In this document: positions 35,549 to 44,757 of the stretch, piece after piece | Position numbering within the stretch: the stretch's first letter is position 1 | Layout of the letters: every line of letters starts with the position of its first letter | DNA from: Sphaerochaetaceae bacterium | GTDB lineage: Bacteria; Spirochaetota; Spirochaetia; Sphaerochaetales; Sphaerochaetaceae | Length of the DNA: 64,000 nt | Assembly (NCBI GenBank): GCA_963678555.2 | Contig: OY782871.2 | Span: forward strand, 24,432 to 88,431 | Direction of reading: 5' to 3' | Program-made: the position numbers and the translations under genes | The notes under the pieces: model-generated | Told to the model about the DNA's origin: nothing | Database searches by the model: none | The model's input: only the letters and a program-made list of their open reading frames with translations

Positions 35549-36233
35549 CGAGGCCGATTCGATCGAGACCTCGTTCTGCGAGGATGAGGTGATCTGCCTC
35601 CTCACCGACGGGGTCTTCGAATCCTTCAATGAGAGAGGAGACGCTCTGGGACAGGAGAACCTCAACACACTGCTGAGGGAGTCAGTCGAGGTGAACAGCT
35701 GTCTGATGCTCCCCCACCTCCTGTATGACCTGATAGGACAGAAGGGCTATACCGTGAGGAATGATGATTTCTCCTTTATCGCACTCCAGCGTATTCCCTC
35801 CAGTACCAGATGCCTCCGTTACTACAGAGAGCTTAACTCGATGCTTTCTCAGGTGGACGAGGTGGGAGAGGAGCTGCAGTCGTTCCTTGCAGGCCTCGGT
35901 GCCTCGGATGAGCTGGGGTTCAAGACCCGGCTCGTGGCCACCGAGTTCCTTAACAACATCGTCGAGCATGGACTGCCGAAGCATGATTCGGAGAAGATCG
36001 CCCTTGAGGTCCTCTACGCAGAACAGGTCACCGTTATCATACGGGACGGGGCCGTAGAATGGGAACCGCCCGAGAAGGAACCTCTCATGGAGCAGTTCTT
36101 CGACGGACTTAACGATAATCTGGATGACCGGGGTCGTGGTCTGCAGATTGTCTATGCGATGACCGATTCCTTCTCCCGACGGAGGATTCATACGATCAAT
36201 GAGACGGTCATGACGATAGCTGAAGGTGCCTGA
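35529..36233 (+). CDS. C-terminal part: end of PP2C domain plus RsbW/SpoIIAB-like HATPase (serine kinase) domain
   Basis: This frame is open from 35490 (LDSAGSIPIGWVEDF..ICLLTDGVFES completes the PP2C fold). It then has the N-box ATEFLNNIVEHG and G1 box DDRGRGL. Confidence 0.75.
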   Translation: MEDFVYNEADSIETSFCEDEVICLLTDGVFESFNERGDALGQENLNTLLRESVEVNSCLMLPHLLYDLIGQKGYTVRNDDFSFIALQRIPSSTRCLRYYRELNSMLSQVDEVGEELQSFLAGLGASDELGFKTRLVATEFLNNIVEHGLPKHDSEKIALEVLYAEQVTVIIRDGAVEWEPPEKEPLMEQFFDGLNDNLDDRGRGLQIVYAMTDSFSRRRIHTINETVMTIAEGA

Positions 36234-36238
36234 CCGGG

Positions 36239-37420
36239 TCAGGTTCCGATCGCCACTGTCAGAAACTCTTCCAGGTCATTGACATACCTCTCGAAGGAGA
36301 AGTGCTCCTCAACTGTTTTTCTCCCGTTCTCACAGAGTCTTGCATACAGCTCCTGATCACCGGTAAGCCTCTCAACCTGCTCACAGAGGCTGACAGGATC
36401 ATCGGGAGTAAAGGTAAGAGCATTCTCTCCCTCAATCAGGAACTCACCCTGACCGCCGTTCACGGTGCTGATCACCGGCAGTCCGCTGGCCATCGCCTCC
36501 AGGTGAGTCAGGCCGAAGGGCTCCTCCCAGATGGAAGGGAAGATAAAGATATCCATCTGACGGTATACGGCAGGAAGGTCGTCATGGGCGACGAGGCCTC
36601 TGAACTCTACATCGAAGGGTGCCCGGGAAGCTTTCTCTTTCAGTGACTGTGTGTACTCGGGTGTTCCCTTGCCCACGATGGTGAGTGAGCAGGGGACAGG
36701 ATGTTTTCCGTTCACCATGAGGGTGAGTGCCTCTATAATCGTGTGAACTCCCTTATACGAATGAAGCTGACCAACGTAGAGTATCCGTACGGGGCTTTTC
36801 ATCACACCGGGATTCTTCTTCAGGGGGAAGGTCTCTACGGGGATTCCCTGGTAGATCACCCTGCTGTTCTGTACAGGAAGGCCCTTCGCAAGAAGGTTCC
36901 TCTTCAGGATGCGGCTGATACTGGTCGTGCGGGTGAGATCGAGACCCCGCAGGGTGGTGAGGGGAAACAGACGGTCGAGGAGGGAGTGGACAGCCTTCTT
37001 GGCTGATGGGGAGAACCGGTGGTAGCTGAAGCTCATGATATTCTCATCATTGAACGTATATACCGTCGGGAGCCCGAAGCGCTGAAGTGCATGTGCGCTC
37101 GCGGGGGTCAGGCGAAGGAGGCTCCAGATGAAGGCCACGTCGAACTCTCTTTCCCTGAGGAGCTTCATCGTTTCCTTCCAGTTATGTCTCGCAGTGTGTA
37201 TCCGCTCGCCTCGCATGAAGGAGGCAGGTTTGTCAAAATCCTGATACACCTTCAGGCTTCTGGTGACGTCTTCCCCGTTCGTGCCATCCCTGAAATCGCT
37301 GGTCAGCACATGGACCTCATGGCCACGAGCCTTCAGGTAGGAGACGACCTGGCCGCAGAGGATCTCATAGCCTCCCAGGACATGCGGAGGAAAGAGATTG
37401 GAAATGATAAGAATTCTCAT
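36239..37420 (-). CDS. Glycosyltransferase family 4
   Basis: MRILIISNLFPPHVLGGYE N-terminus and EEPFGLTHLEAMASGLPVIST (E-x7-E). ATG 37420 is preferred over the track start 37549. Confidence 0.85.
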   Translation of the reverse strand: MRILIISNLFPPHVLGGYEILCGQVVSYLKARGHEVHVLTSDFRDGTNGEDVTRSLKVYQDFDKPASFMRGERIHTARHNWKETMKLLREREFDVAFIWSLLRLTPASAHALQRFGLPTVYTFNDENIMSFSYHRFSPSAKKAVHSLLDRLFPLTTLRGLDLTRTTSISRILKRNLLAKGLPVQNSRVIYQGIPVETFPLKKNPGVMKSPVRILYVGQLHSYKGVHTIIEALTLMVNGKHPVPCSLTIVGKGTPEYTQSLKEKASRAPFDVEFRGLVAHDDLPAVYRQMDIFIFPSIWEEPFGLTHLEAMASGLPVISTVNGGQGEFLIEGENALTFTPDDPVSLCEQVERLTGDQELYARLCENGRKTVEEHFSFERYVNDLEEFLTVAIGT

Positions 37421-37463
37421 GTCGATACTATACGCTATGGCTATCCGATTGCCAAGCAGATTG

Positions 37464-39695
37464 CTACTGAAGTGAATCAGCTCCCGCGTCGTACAGGACT
37501 CCGTAGAGACACAGATTCCAGACACTCGTCTCCCAGACAGTGAACTCATTGTTGTTCACCAGAGACCACCCGTCCGCCCAGCGGCGTTGAAGCGGCAGCT
37601 CCTCCCACACGGGATACAGCGTGTCTGAAACCACTCTCTGATACTCCGCCTTGCTCCGTCCCTCGCTCGGACCGTAGACAAGCAGCCCCGGGATATTCCC
37701 CAGACCGTTCTCCTGTGCCGTATAGGAGTCGAGATGGAGGGGACTGTTGACCTGATGTGTTCCCAGCCCCGTCACGTATGACTGCCCGAGGGGATTCAGT
37801 CCCAGAGCGTAGTCGCCAAGCTGGGAGAGCACTGACAGATAGTCTGAGCGCTTCTGTTCATCATCACTGAGACGATAGGCAAAGGCGATGGGGTCCCCGT
37901 AGCGCCCCTGGGCCGTCGCGGCTCCCCAGCCGTAGGCCTTTTCCGCACCCTGCGGGTAGAAGGGAATAGCGAGGTCAAAGCCCATATACCCCCCCTTCTC
38001 TGCCTGTCTGATGACGATCTCGATCAGCTGCCGCTGCAGCTGCTCATCGAAACTCTCATTCAGGAGAAGGAAGCTGCTGAAGTGGACCGTCTGTATCTTT
38101 GCCATGCTGTTGCCGGGCCGGTACTGCTCGGGCCAGTAGCCGTCTGAGACCAGGAGAGATCGTGTGTGTGAGATGAACTGTTCCTCCAGCTCCCTGACGG
38201 CCTTCTCCTTTTCGGGTTCGAACACCCGTGCAGCGAGGGCAAGCTGCAGGGTTGCATACATCAGAGCACTGGTAGGCTTCTCCTGGATATCAGCAGACAG
38301 CACCGGCAGGACCTCATAGGCAAGCTGTGCTCTGGCGTAGAGCTCACGGGCCCTGTCGGAGAAGTTCTCGAACGGTGAGAGCAGCCGCGCAGCCTGGGCC
38401 ATCATACCGGCTGTGAAGGCACTTACCTCCGCTGTTTCCTCCCAGGTGCCGTACACCAGCGTATCGGAACCGGAATCCACCTTCCCGTATTCGGGGTGGC
38501 GGGAGGTCTCGGTCCCGCTCCTGACCGCTCCGTAATGAGGGTCGTCAGGATCGAGTATCTGAAGGTTCTCCCACAGGCGAAGACCCCACAGGGCCTCATC
38601 AAGCATATCGGGAAGGGTATTACCCGATTCGGCTATGCCGTACTGCCCGTCAGAGAAATGGGTGGGGAAGGCCTCGTAGTAGCCAAGGAGGAGGATCGGG
38701 ATGATCGTGTGAAAGGGGCGTCTGTCAAAGTCGCCGGCATCGTGGTAGCCCCCTGTCACGCTGATCAGCTCCTCGGTGCCTGTGACCTGTATGAACCCGT
38801 TGGAACTCCACGGTTCCCGTGTGTCTCTCACCTCGGTGTGACACGCCTCCCGCTCTACCTCCGTATGCGGCGGCCCGAGGGGCATACCGCAGCGCTGATG
38901 GTAGAGGAACCGGGCGTAGGTCGATGCGATCGTGCCCACCTTCTCGTTCGAGATGTAGAAGGAAGGGGAAATGCCCGTGCCCTCCAGATAGATGACGTAC
39001 GGTCCCCCTTCGGGAATGCTGCTGAGATCGAGACGGTACACCTGTTCTCCCGAGCTTACCAGGCCAGGAGCGACGGCCGTGTCGTCTCCGCGGTACTCGG
39101 CGGTGCCAGAGTACAGTGAGGCATGGTCCTTCTCCCTGAGGACCTGATAGGATGGCGGCTCTGCAAACCTGAGGGATCCCCCGTCACCCATAAAGACTCC
39201 CAGGTTCGCATAGCGCACCCGGGAAGAGGGGAGGTAGCTCACCTGATTGACCTTGATCGATTCACAGACCATCTGTTTCGGGTCGAAGATGAAACTGACC
39301 GACCCGTAGGGGTTCTCGACGAGATAGCTCTTTCCCGCCACCAGACTGTGTTCAAGTACCAGATAGATCCAGTACGCCCGCGATACCGGATATTCACCGT
39401 TTGAACTCTTCGGTTTCTCATCTATGCTGCGGCTTCTGTGGTAGACCTCCACAGGGGCGTTACCGTTCACGTTCCAGTGGGATACACCGCTGGTCAGCGG
39501 ATCCTGATCGAACCTGAGTGAGCCGAACTCATCATGGAATTCCACAACGAGGATATTGGACGCGGCGGTAGAGAGGGAGAGACGAGTCTCTCCGGTTCCC
39601 CGGGAGGAACAGCCGGCTCCCCCGGCTATCAGAAGAGAGATGGTCAGAAGGACGTATAACGGTATCGATTTCACTGGGGGTCCCCTTTGCCTCAT
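37464..39695 (-). CDS. Glycoside hydrolase family 9-like lipoprotein (endoglucanase-type)
   Basis: Lipobox LIAGGAGCSS. TGGYHDAGDFDRR (GH9 DAGD catalytic motif), SYVTGLGTHQVNSPLHLDS, LLVYGPSEG, and C-terminal NNNEFTVWETS. The N-terminal region is Ig-like. Confidence 0.65.
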   Translation of the reverse strand: MRQRGPPVKSIPLYVLLTISLLIAGGAGCSSRGTGETRLSLSTAASNILVVEFHDEFGSLRFDQDPLTSGVSHWNVNGNAPVEVYHRSRSIDEKPKSSNGEYPVSRAYWIYLVLEHSLVAGKSYLVENPYGSVSFIFDPKQMVCESIKVNQVSYLPSSRVRYANLGVFMGDGGSLRFAEPPSYQVLREKDHASLYSGTAEYRGDDTAVAPGLVSSGEQVYRLDLSSIPEGGPYVIYLEGTGISPSFYISNEKVGTIASTYARFLYHQRCGMPLGPPHTEVEREACHTEVRDTREPWSSNGFIQVTGTEELISVTGGYHDAGDFDRRPFHTIIPILLLGYYEAFPTHFSDGQYGIAESGNTLPDMLDEALWGLRLWENLQILDPDDPHYGAVRSGTETSRHPEYGKVDSGSDTLVYGTWEETAEVSAFTAGMMAQAARLLSPFENFSDRARELYARAQLAYEVLPVLSADIQEKPTSALMYATLQLALAARVFEPEKEKAVRELEEQFISHTRSLLVSDGYWPEQYRPGNSMAKIQTVHFSSFLLLNESFDEQLQRQLIEIVIRQAEKGGYMGFDLAIPFYPQGAEKAYGWGAATAQGRYGDPIAFAYRLSDDEQKRSDYLSVLSQLGDYALGLNPLGQSYVTGLGTHQVNSPLHLDSYTAQENGLGNIPGLLVYGPSEGRSKAEYQRVVSDTLYPVWEELPLQRRWADGWSLVNNNEFTVWETSVWNLCLYGVLYDAGADSLQ

Positions 39696-39835
39696 CGTAC
39701 CGTCGAAAAAACCCTGTTGCAATCAGAATCGTGCCTGCCCACAGATAAATTGCACGAATGAAACTATATTTTTTCTTTGTTCTGGTTTATGCTTAATCAG
39801 CTAAGATTATAACAAGGTATACCGCAGGAGGAGAC

Positions 39836-40165
39836 ATGATCATTACGAAGAAACCTGAAGCCACGGTGATAGAAGTGGAAGCAACCACACTCACTGCCGC
39901 CAACGCGAAAGAGTTCAAGGCGTCTCTGGAAAAGGCTATCGAGGATGAGACCAATATTATTCTTGACCTGAACAGGATCACATTTATTGACAGCAGCGGA
40001 CTCGGTGTGTTTCTTTCATGTCTCAAGATCCTGGGCAAAAAGGGCGGAGACCTGAAGATCTGTAACATCACCAAGCCGGTGAGGGTCCTGTTCGAGATGG
40101 TGCGTCTCCATCAGGTGATCGAGGTGTTCAATTCACAGGAAGAAGCACTGGCATCGTTCGGTTGA
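39836..40165 (+). CDS. STAS-domain anti-sigma-factor-antagonist-like protein (SpoIIAA/RsbV/SypA type)
   Basis: 109 aa. FIDSSGLGVFL carries the conserved phosphorylatable Ser (DSSG, 39989-40000). GGAGGAG lies upstream. Confidence 0.9.
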   Translation: MIITKKPEATVIEVEATTLTAANAKEFKASLEKAIEDETNIILDLNRITFIDSSGLGVFLSCLKILGKKGGDLKICNITKPVRVLFEMVRLHQVIEVFNSQEEALASFG

Positions 40166-40202
40166 AAACGTTACTCAGATCCGAGTCTGCACGAGGTGAA
40201 CT

Positions 40203-41381
40203 GTGAAAGTGAAAAAGGAATCTGTACATCTTTCGATATTTATCGACGCCCTCGGGTGGGAAATACTGCGTTCTCATTCGTTTCTGGATGATGAACTCAT
40301 TCACACACAGGACCTGAGAACGATCTTCGGGTACAGTGCCACCTGTGACCCCACCATCCTCACCGGAGCCCTTCCCCGGGACCACGGTCACTTCTCGTTC
40401 TATGCCTACGATCCTGAGCACTCTCCTTTCAAAGGCTCTCCGTTCATCCAGCTGATGCGGTTGGTTCCCAAAGCTCTTTCGAGCAGGAACCGGGTACGGA
40501 ACATCGCAGGGAGGATCATCCGGCGGAGACTTCATTACACCGGCTATTTCAATATCTACAACATGCCGTTCCGGCTGCTTCCCCTGTTCGATTATACCGA
40601 GAAGAAGGACCTCTACCAGAAGGGCGGAATCAACAGCGGTATTCCCACGATCATGGACTATGCGCGTGAGAACGGTGTTGACTTCTTCCTGGCTGACTGG
40701 AAGGCGGAAGAGGTGGAAAACCTGGAGAACCTCAAGAACGCTCTTGCCGATGAGAACCGGAATGTCACCTTCTCCTACCTCTATATGGCTTCGATGGACG
40801 CGATCCTCCACAGGTATGGAAAGGATCACCCCGAGGTCGACAGGAAGATCCTCTGGTATGAGGACCAGATCCGGCAACTGCTCGCCACGGCTCGAGAGCA
40901 CTACAGGGAGGTTCGGCTGTTTATCTTCAGCGACCACGGAATGACTGATGTCCACACGGATTTCAACCTCATGGAGCTGATTGAACAGACTCCGCTCCGT
41001 TTCGGCAAAGACTATGCGGCTGTATACGACTCTACCATGGCCCGTTTCTGGTTCCTACGCCCCGAGAGCGAGCGTGTTATCCGCGAAGTGCTGGAGAAGG
41101 TGTCAGAGGGTCAGATACTTACCGATGAGACGAAACGAGAATGGGGTGTCGATTTCCCCGATGCACGGTATGGCAACCTCTTTTTCCTGATGAATCCCGG
41201 CGTCCTTATCGTACCGAGCCATATGGGAGAGAGAACGATAGCGGGTATGCACGGCTACTCCCCCGATGACAAGGATTCAACGGCAGCCTTCGCAAGCAAT
41301 GTCGAACTGGATACCTACCCGCGGGGACTGGAAGACCTCTATACCTTGTTCCGTCAGGAGATTGACCGATGCAGGACATGA
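40203..41381 (+). CDS. Alkaline phosphatase superfamily protein (type I phosphodiesterase/nucleotide pyrophosphatase-like)
   Basis: IFIDALGWE, YSATCDPTILTG (nucleophile Thr region), and IFSDHGMTDV, GMHGY metal-ligand motifs. GTG start 40203 follows GAGGTG. Confidence 0.75.
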   Translation: MKVKKESVHLSIFIDALGWEILRSHSFLDDELIHTQDLRTIFGYSATCDPTILTGALPRDHGHFSFYAYDPEHSPFKGSPFIQLMRLVPKALSSRNRVRNIAGRIIRRRLHYTGYFNIYNMPFRLLPLFDYTEKKDLYQKGGINSGIPTIMDYARENGVDFFLADWKAEEVENLENLKNALADENRNVTFSYLYMASMDAILHRYGKDHPEVDRKILWYEDQIRQLLATAREHYREVRLFIFSDHGMTDVHTDFNLMELIEQTPLRFGKDYAAVYDSTMARFWFLRPESERVIREVLEKVSEGQILTDETKREWGVDFPDARYGNLFFLMNPGVLIVPSHMGERTIAGMHGYSPDDKDSTAAFASNVELDTYPRGLEDLYTLFRQEIDRCRT

Positions 41382-42238
41382 TCCCCGTCCCCATAGTCAT
41401 GAGAAGCTACAATGATGCACGGCTGATACGACAGACCCTTGAGGGGGTGAAGGGTCAGAGGATTCCGTATGAGCTGTATGTCTTTGACAACGAATCAGAG
41501 GACGAAACGGGAACGATCCTTCCTCTCTACACCGACCGGATCCATACGGTGCCCAGGGGTACATACATCCCCGGCAGAGTGCTGAACGAGGCGATGAGAA
41601 CCGTTAATCCACAAGCGCCGTACGTCGTGTTTCTCAACTCCGACTGCGCTCCGCTGGATGACAGGTGGCTACAGGAGCTGATCGAAGGCTTTGACGACCC
41701 TTCGGTCGGCGCCGTGTTCTCCCGACAGCTGCCGCGACCCGACTGTATGCCCCTGTTCGCAAAGGATACCGAAGATACCTTCGGGGACGGTTCAAGGCAG
41801 AAGTACTGGAAACACTGCTTTTCGATGGCCTCCTCCGCCATACGGCGTTCGTGCTGGGAGGAGGAGCCTTTCAGTGAGACGATCAGCTATTCAGAGGATA
41901 TCGACTGGACCTGGAAGGCACGTCAGCGGGGGTGGACGATCGCCTACCGCAGGGACTCTCAGGTCTATCATTCCCACAACTATACCTATGCGCAGTTCAG
42001 AAAGCGTCAGCGGGGAGAGGGTAAGGCCGATGCCCATATCTTCGAGTGGTCCCCCTGGGAGCGCTCCTTCCTCCGCTACTCTCTTCTTCCGTACCTCAGG
42101 CAGGTGAAGAGCGACTGGCTCTACTGCCTTGCCCGCAGGCAGTTCAGGGCCTTCTTCACCTCCCCGATTCTCCGCTTCGCCCAGTGCTGCGGCAGACGGG
42201 AAGGGTTCCTGGAAGGGCTCAGGGAGATAGAAGCGTGA
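41369..42238 (+). CDS. Glycosyltransferase family 2
   Basis: PIVMRSYNDARLIRQTLEGV..YVFDNESEDETG..FLNSDCAP (GT-A fold, DxD-like). Overlaps the neighbours at both ends. Confidence 0.85.
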   Translation: MQDMIPVPIVMRSYNDARLIRQTLEGVKGQRIPYELYVFDNESEDETGTILPLYTDRIHTVPRGTYIPGRVLNEAMRTVNPQAPYVVFLNSDCAPLDDRWLQELIEGFDDPSVGAVFSRQLPRPDCMPLFAKDTEDTFGDGSRQKYWKHCFSMASSAIRRSCWEEEPFSETISYSEDIDWTWKARQRGWTIAYRRDSQVYHSHNYTYAQFRKRQRGEGKADAHIFEWSPWERSFLRYSLLPYLRQVKSDWLYCLARRQFRAFFTSPILRFAQCCGRREGFLEGLREIEA

Positions 42239-43317
42239 GAACCTACAGCAAAGACGGCTCAGATCAGTTCAACGAGTACCTCGATTCAGTGTTGAGCGCC
42301 CTCTCTGAAGAGATAGAACGGGCCGTTGGTCCTCCGTTCGTCGCACTGATCCTGGCGGGAGGCTACGGACGGGGAGAGGGGGCCTGCGTCATCAGAGACG
42401 GCAGGGAATCCCCCTATAACGACTTTGACCTGTTTCTGGTGGTCTCTGAAGCGTACACCGTCGCAGAGAAGGTGCTGAGCATCACTCGTTCGTACGAGCA
42501 CCTGCTGAAGATCGAAGTCGATATCGGCAGACCTCTGACGCTCAAGACGATCAGGAACCTTCCCCATCAGCTGATGTGGCAGGACCTCCTTCAGTCTCAT
42601 ATCGTCCTCAGGGGTCCTCAGGACATTCTCACTTCACATGCCCCTGCAGTGCTGAGTGAGAACCTCCCCCAGGTGGAAGCCCTACGGCTGCTGCTCAACA
42701 GAGGCTCTGGCCTTGCTCAGGCAATTGCACACCGGTACGGGGTGGACAGCAATCCCGCCCATACGCTTCCTGATGAGGACTTCATCCGACGCAACCGTCA
42801 GAAATGCACCCTCGCCCTCGGCGACAGTCTGCTGATCACGCACGGTATGTATGCCCCCCCTCTTGACCTGCGCCTCAAGAACCTGACGGAGGCGATCGGC
42901 TCCTTCGGTGTAGAGAGGAGTGAACTGATCCTGTCTCTCTACACAGAGGCGTCCGCTTTCAAGAGTCGACCCGACAGTATTCCGGCAGAACAGCCTTCCC
43001 TCGATACGCTCAAAGAGACAGCCTCCCTGTGGGTTCATACGATGCTCCACTGCGAGTCGGCACGGACGGGAAGGTCATGGGAAAACGGAAACCTCTATGC
43101 TGAGGATTCGTACAGGAGGGAACCCGGGCAGCACACTCTCGTCAATCTCCCGAGGAATCTGGTGAAGAACCTGAAGAGGGGAAAGCTCTCCATCTCCTAT
43201 CCGAGGGAGAGCCTGTACGGTCAGCTGGCAGTGCTGCTCAGCAGCCCCGAGCCGGAGAACAGCTCCTGGCAGGAGGCTTTCAGGCACTTCTACGATCAGT
43301 GGGTGCAGTACAACTGA
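42235..43317 (+). CDS. Hypothetical protein with Pol-beta-type nucleotidyltransferase-like N-terminus
   Basis: GTG 42235 overlaps the upstream stop (GTGA). LAGGYGRGEG...YNDFDLFLVV fits the G-[SG]-x(n)-D-x-D NTase pattern. The rest is unassigned. Confidence 0.45.
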   Translation: MRTYSKDGSDQFNEYLDSVLSALSEEIERAVGPPFVALILAGGYGRGEGACVIRDGRESPYNDFDLFLVVSEAYTVAEKVLSITRSYEHLLKIEVDIGRPLTLKTIRNLPHQLMWQDLLQSHIVLRGPQDILTSHAPAVLSENLPQVEALRLLLNRGSGLAQAIAHRYGVDSNPAHTLPDEDFIRRNRQKCTLALGDSLLITHGMYAPPLDLRLKNLTEAIGSFGVERSELILSLYTEASAFKSRPDSIPAEQPSLDTLKETASLWVHTMLHCESARTGRSWENGNLYAEDSYRREPGQHTLVNLPRNLVKNLKRGKLSISYPRESLYGQLAVLLSSPEPENSSWQEAFRHFYDQWVQYN

Positions 43318-43350
43318 CCACACTCCACCGGACACTGATGTACCCGGCAG

Positions 43351-44757
43351 TTACAGCGAAGCGTTTGTGGTGGAGCTACCCCGGAACAGCCGTTTCAGAT
43401 ACCTGAGGAAGAGGGTCCTGTTGTACGAGAGGGAATCCATCGCATGATAGTACATCTCACTGGCAAACAGCAGCTGATCTTCAGGGTACTGTTCATACAT
43501 GATATCGGCTTCACTGATCAGACCGGGAATCGACTGCAGGTACAGCTTCTGCCACTCGGGTGAGAGCCGTTCATACTCCTGCACTGTCTTGTAGGGGATT
43601 CCGAAAAAGCGTGCCTTCCCCGTCACCACCAGGTGGAGCTGAGGGATCAGGTGCCACAGCAGATGCTTCCACAGCGACCCGTCAGGCTCTCCCCGATGTC
43701 TATAGATCGTCATCTCCTGTGTGTTCAGTCGTGAGATATTCATCTCCCTCTGAGGAATCAGGACGACGGTTCGGTGGTATCTGGTCCGTGTGAACAGGGC
43801 AAGGAGGGCAAGAACCGGAAGGGTGAGCACCAGAAGGAGAGCGGCAAGCACTCTGGAAGGAACCGATACAGGGACGATGTCCTGAATTCCGGCCGAAGAT
43901 TCCACTGAAGTGACCAGAAGGTCATCGGTCGCTCTGTATATAGCTCCGATACGTGTGTTGAAGATCTTGTTCTGCTTGAGGATGCAGCCCTTCACATCAA
44001 GACCGCTGCCCACATAACTCCCCTCAAGAACAGAGGAGTCACTGATGAAACTGTCTGAGCCGATGATGCAGCCGTTTCCGATTTCCACATTGGGACCGAT
44101 GATCGACTGACTGTCGATGCGGACCTGAGAACCGAGGTAGACCGGGGCTACAAGGGTGCTGGTATCGGGAATCCTCGTACCCGGACCTGCCCAGATTCCC
44201 TCACGGATCTCCTTTCCATAGACGATCAGTCCCTTCCCTTTGATTGACAGGACCTGTCTGACACTCTCAAGATAGGCTTGTGCGGAGGCTACTGAGAGGG
44301 AGTCTGTCTGTGCAGAGGGTAGTTCCTGTTTGATGGAGGATAGCGTTGTCACCCTCCACCCGGTATCCTCCCCGGTCTGTGTACAGAAACGCTGTTCATC
44401 TGAGAGCTGTTCCTGTGTAATCATCGGCAGAAAATCTCCGTTGCACAGCAGGAAGGGTTCCCTCTGATTCTCCTTGAGATCTTTAGAGAGCCGGAGGGAG
44501 ATGTCCGCTCCCTTCTTCAGGAGGTGGTAGGAGAGCGTGACTCCCCACCGTTCCCCGTCTCCGATGAACTGCTCCACCTCATCTGCCGAGTCTGAGAGGT
44601 AGATCTCCCACTCCCTGAGACCCAGTCGCTCCACATATTCCAGAATGTGCTGGAGAAACGGCTTCCCCATCATCGGGAGGAAGGCGGAAGATTGGTCGAA
44701 GGTCTGCCCCTGCGCTTCCATGTTCGATATCCCGGTACAATCAAATACTGCTTTCAT
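43351..44757 (-). CDS. Fusion protein: degenerate NTP-transferase-like domain + left-handed beta-helix + TM + degenerate sugar-transferase-like C-terminus
   Basis: N-terminal MKAVFDCTGISNME..LPMMGKPFLQHILEY (the GxGTR loop is absent). Hexapeptide-like run (IGPNVEIGNGCIIGSDSFISDSSVLEGSYVGSGLDVKGCIL). TM VLAALLLVLTLPVLALLALF. C-terminal LIPQLHLVVTGKARFFGIPY..IPGLISEADI parallels ELPQIWCVLVGDMSIVGPRP..TPGLTGIWQV of the neighbouring transferase. Confidence 0.6.
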   Translation of the reverse strand: MKAVFDCTGISNMEAQGQTFDQSSAFLPMMGKPFLQHILEYVERLGLREWEIYLSDSADEVEQFIGDGERWGVTLSYHLLKKGADISLRLSKDLKENQREPFLLCNGDFLPMITQEQLSDEQRFCTQTGEDTGWRVTTLSSIKQELPSAQTDSLSVASAQAYLESVRQVLSIKGKGLIVYGKEIREGIWAGPGTRIPDTSTLVAPVYLGSQVRIDSQSIIGPNVEIGNGCIIGSDSFISDSSVLEGSYVGSGLDVKGCILKQNKIFNTRIGAIYRATDDLLVTSVESSAGIQDIVPVSVPSRVLAALLLVLTLPVLALLALFTRTRYHRTVVLIPQREMNISRLNTQEMTIYRHRGEPDGSLWKHLLWHLIPQLHLVVTGKARFFGIPYKTVQEYERLSPEWQKLYLQSIPGLISEADIMYEQYPEDQLLFASEMYYHAMDSLSYNRTLFLRYLKRLFRGSSTTNASL

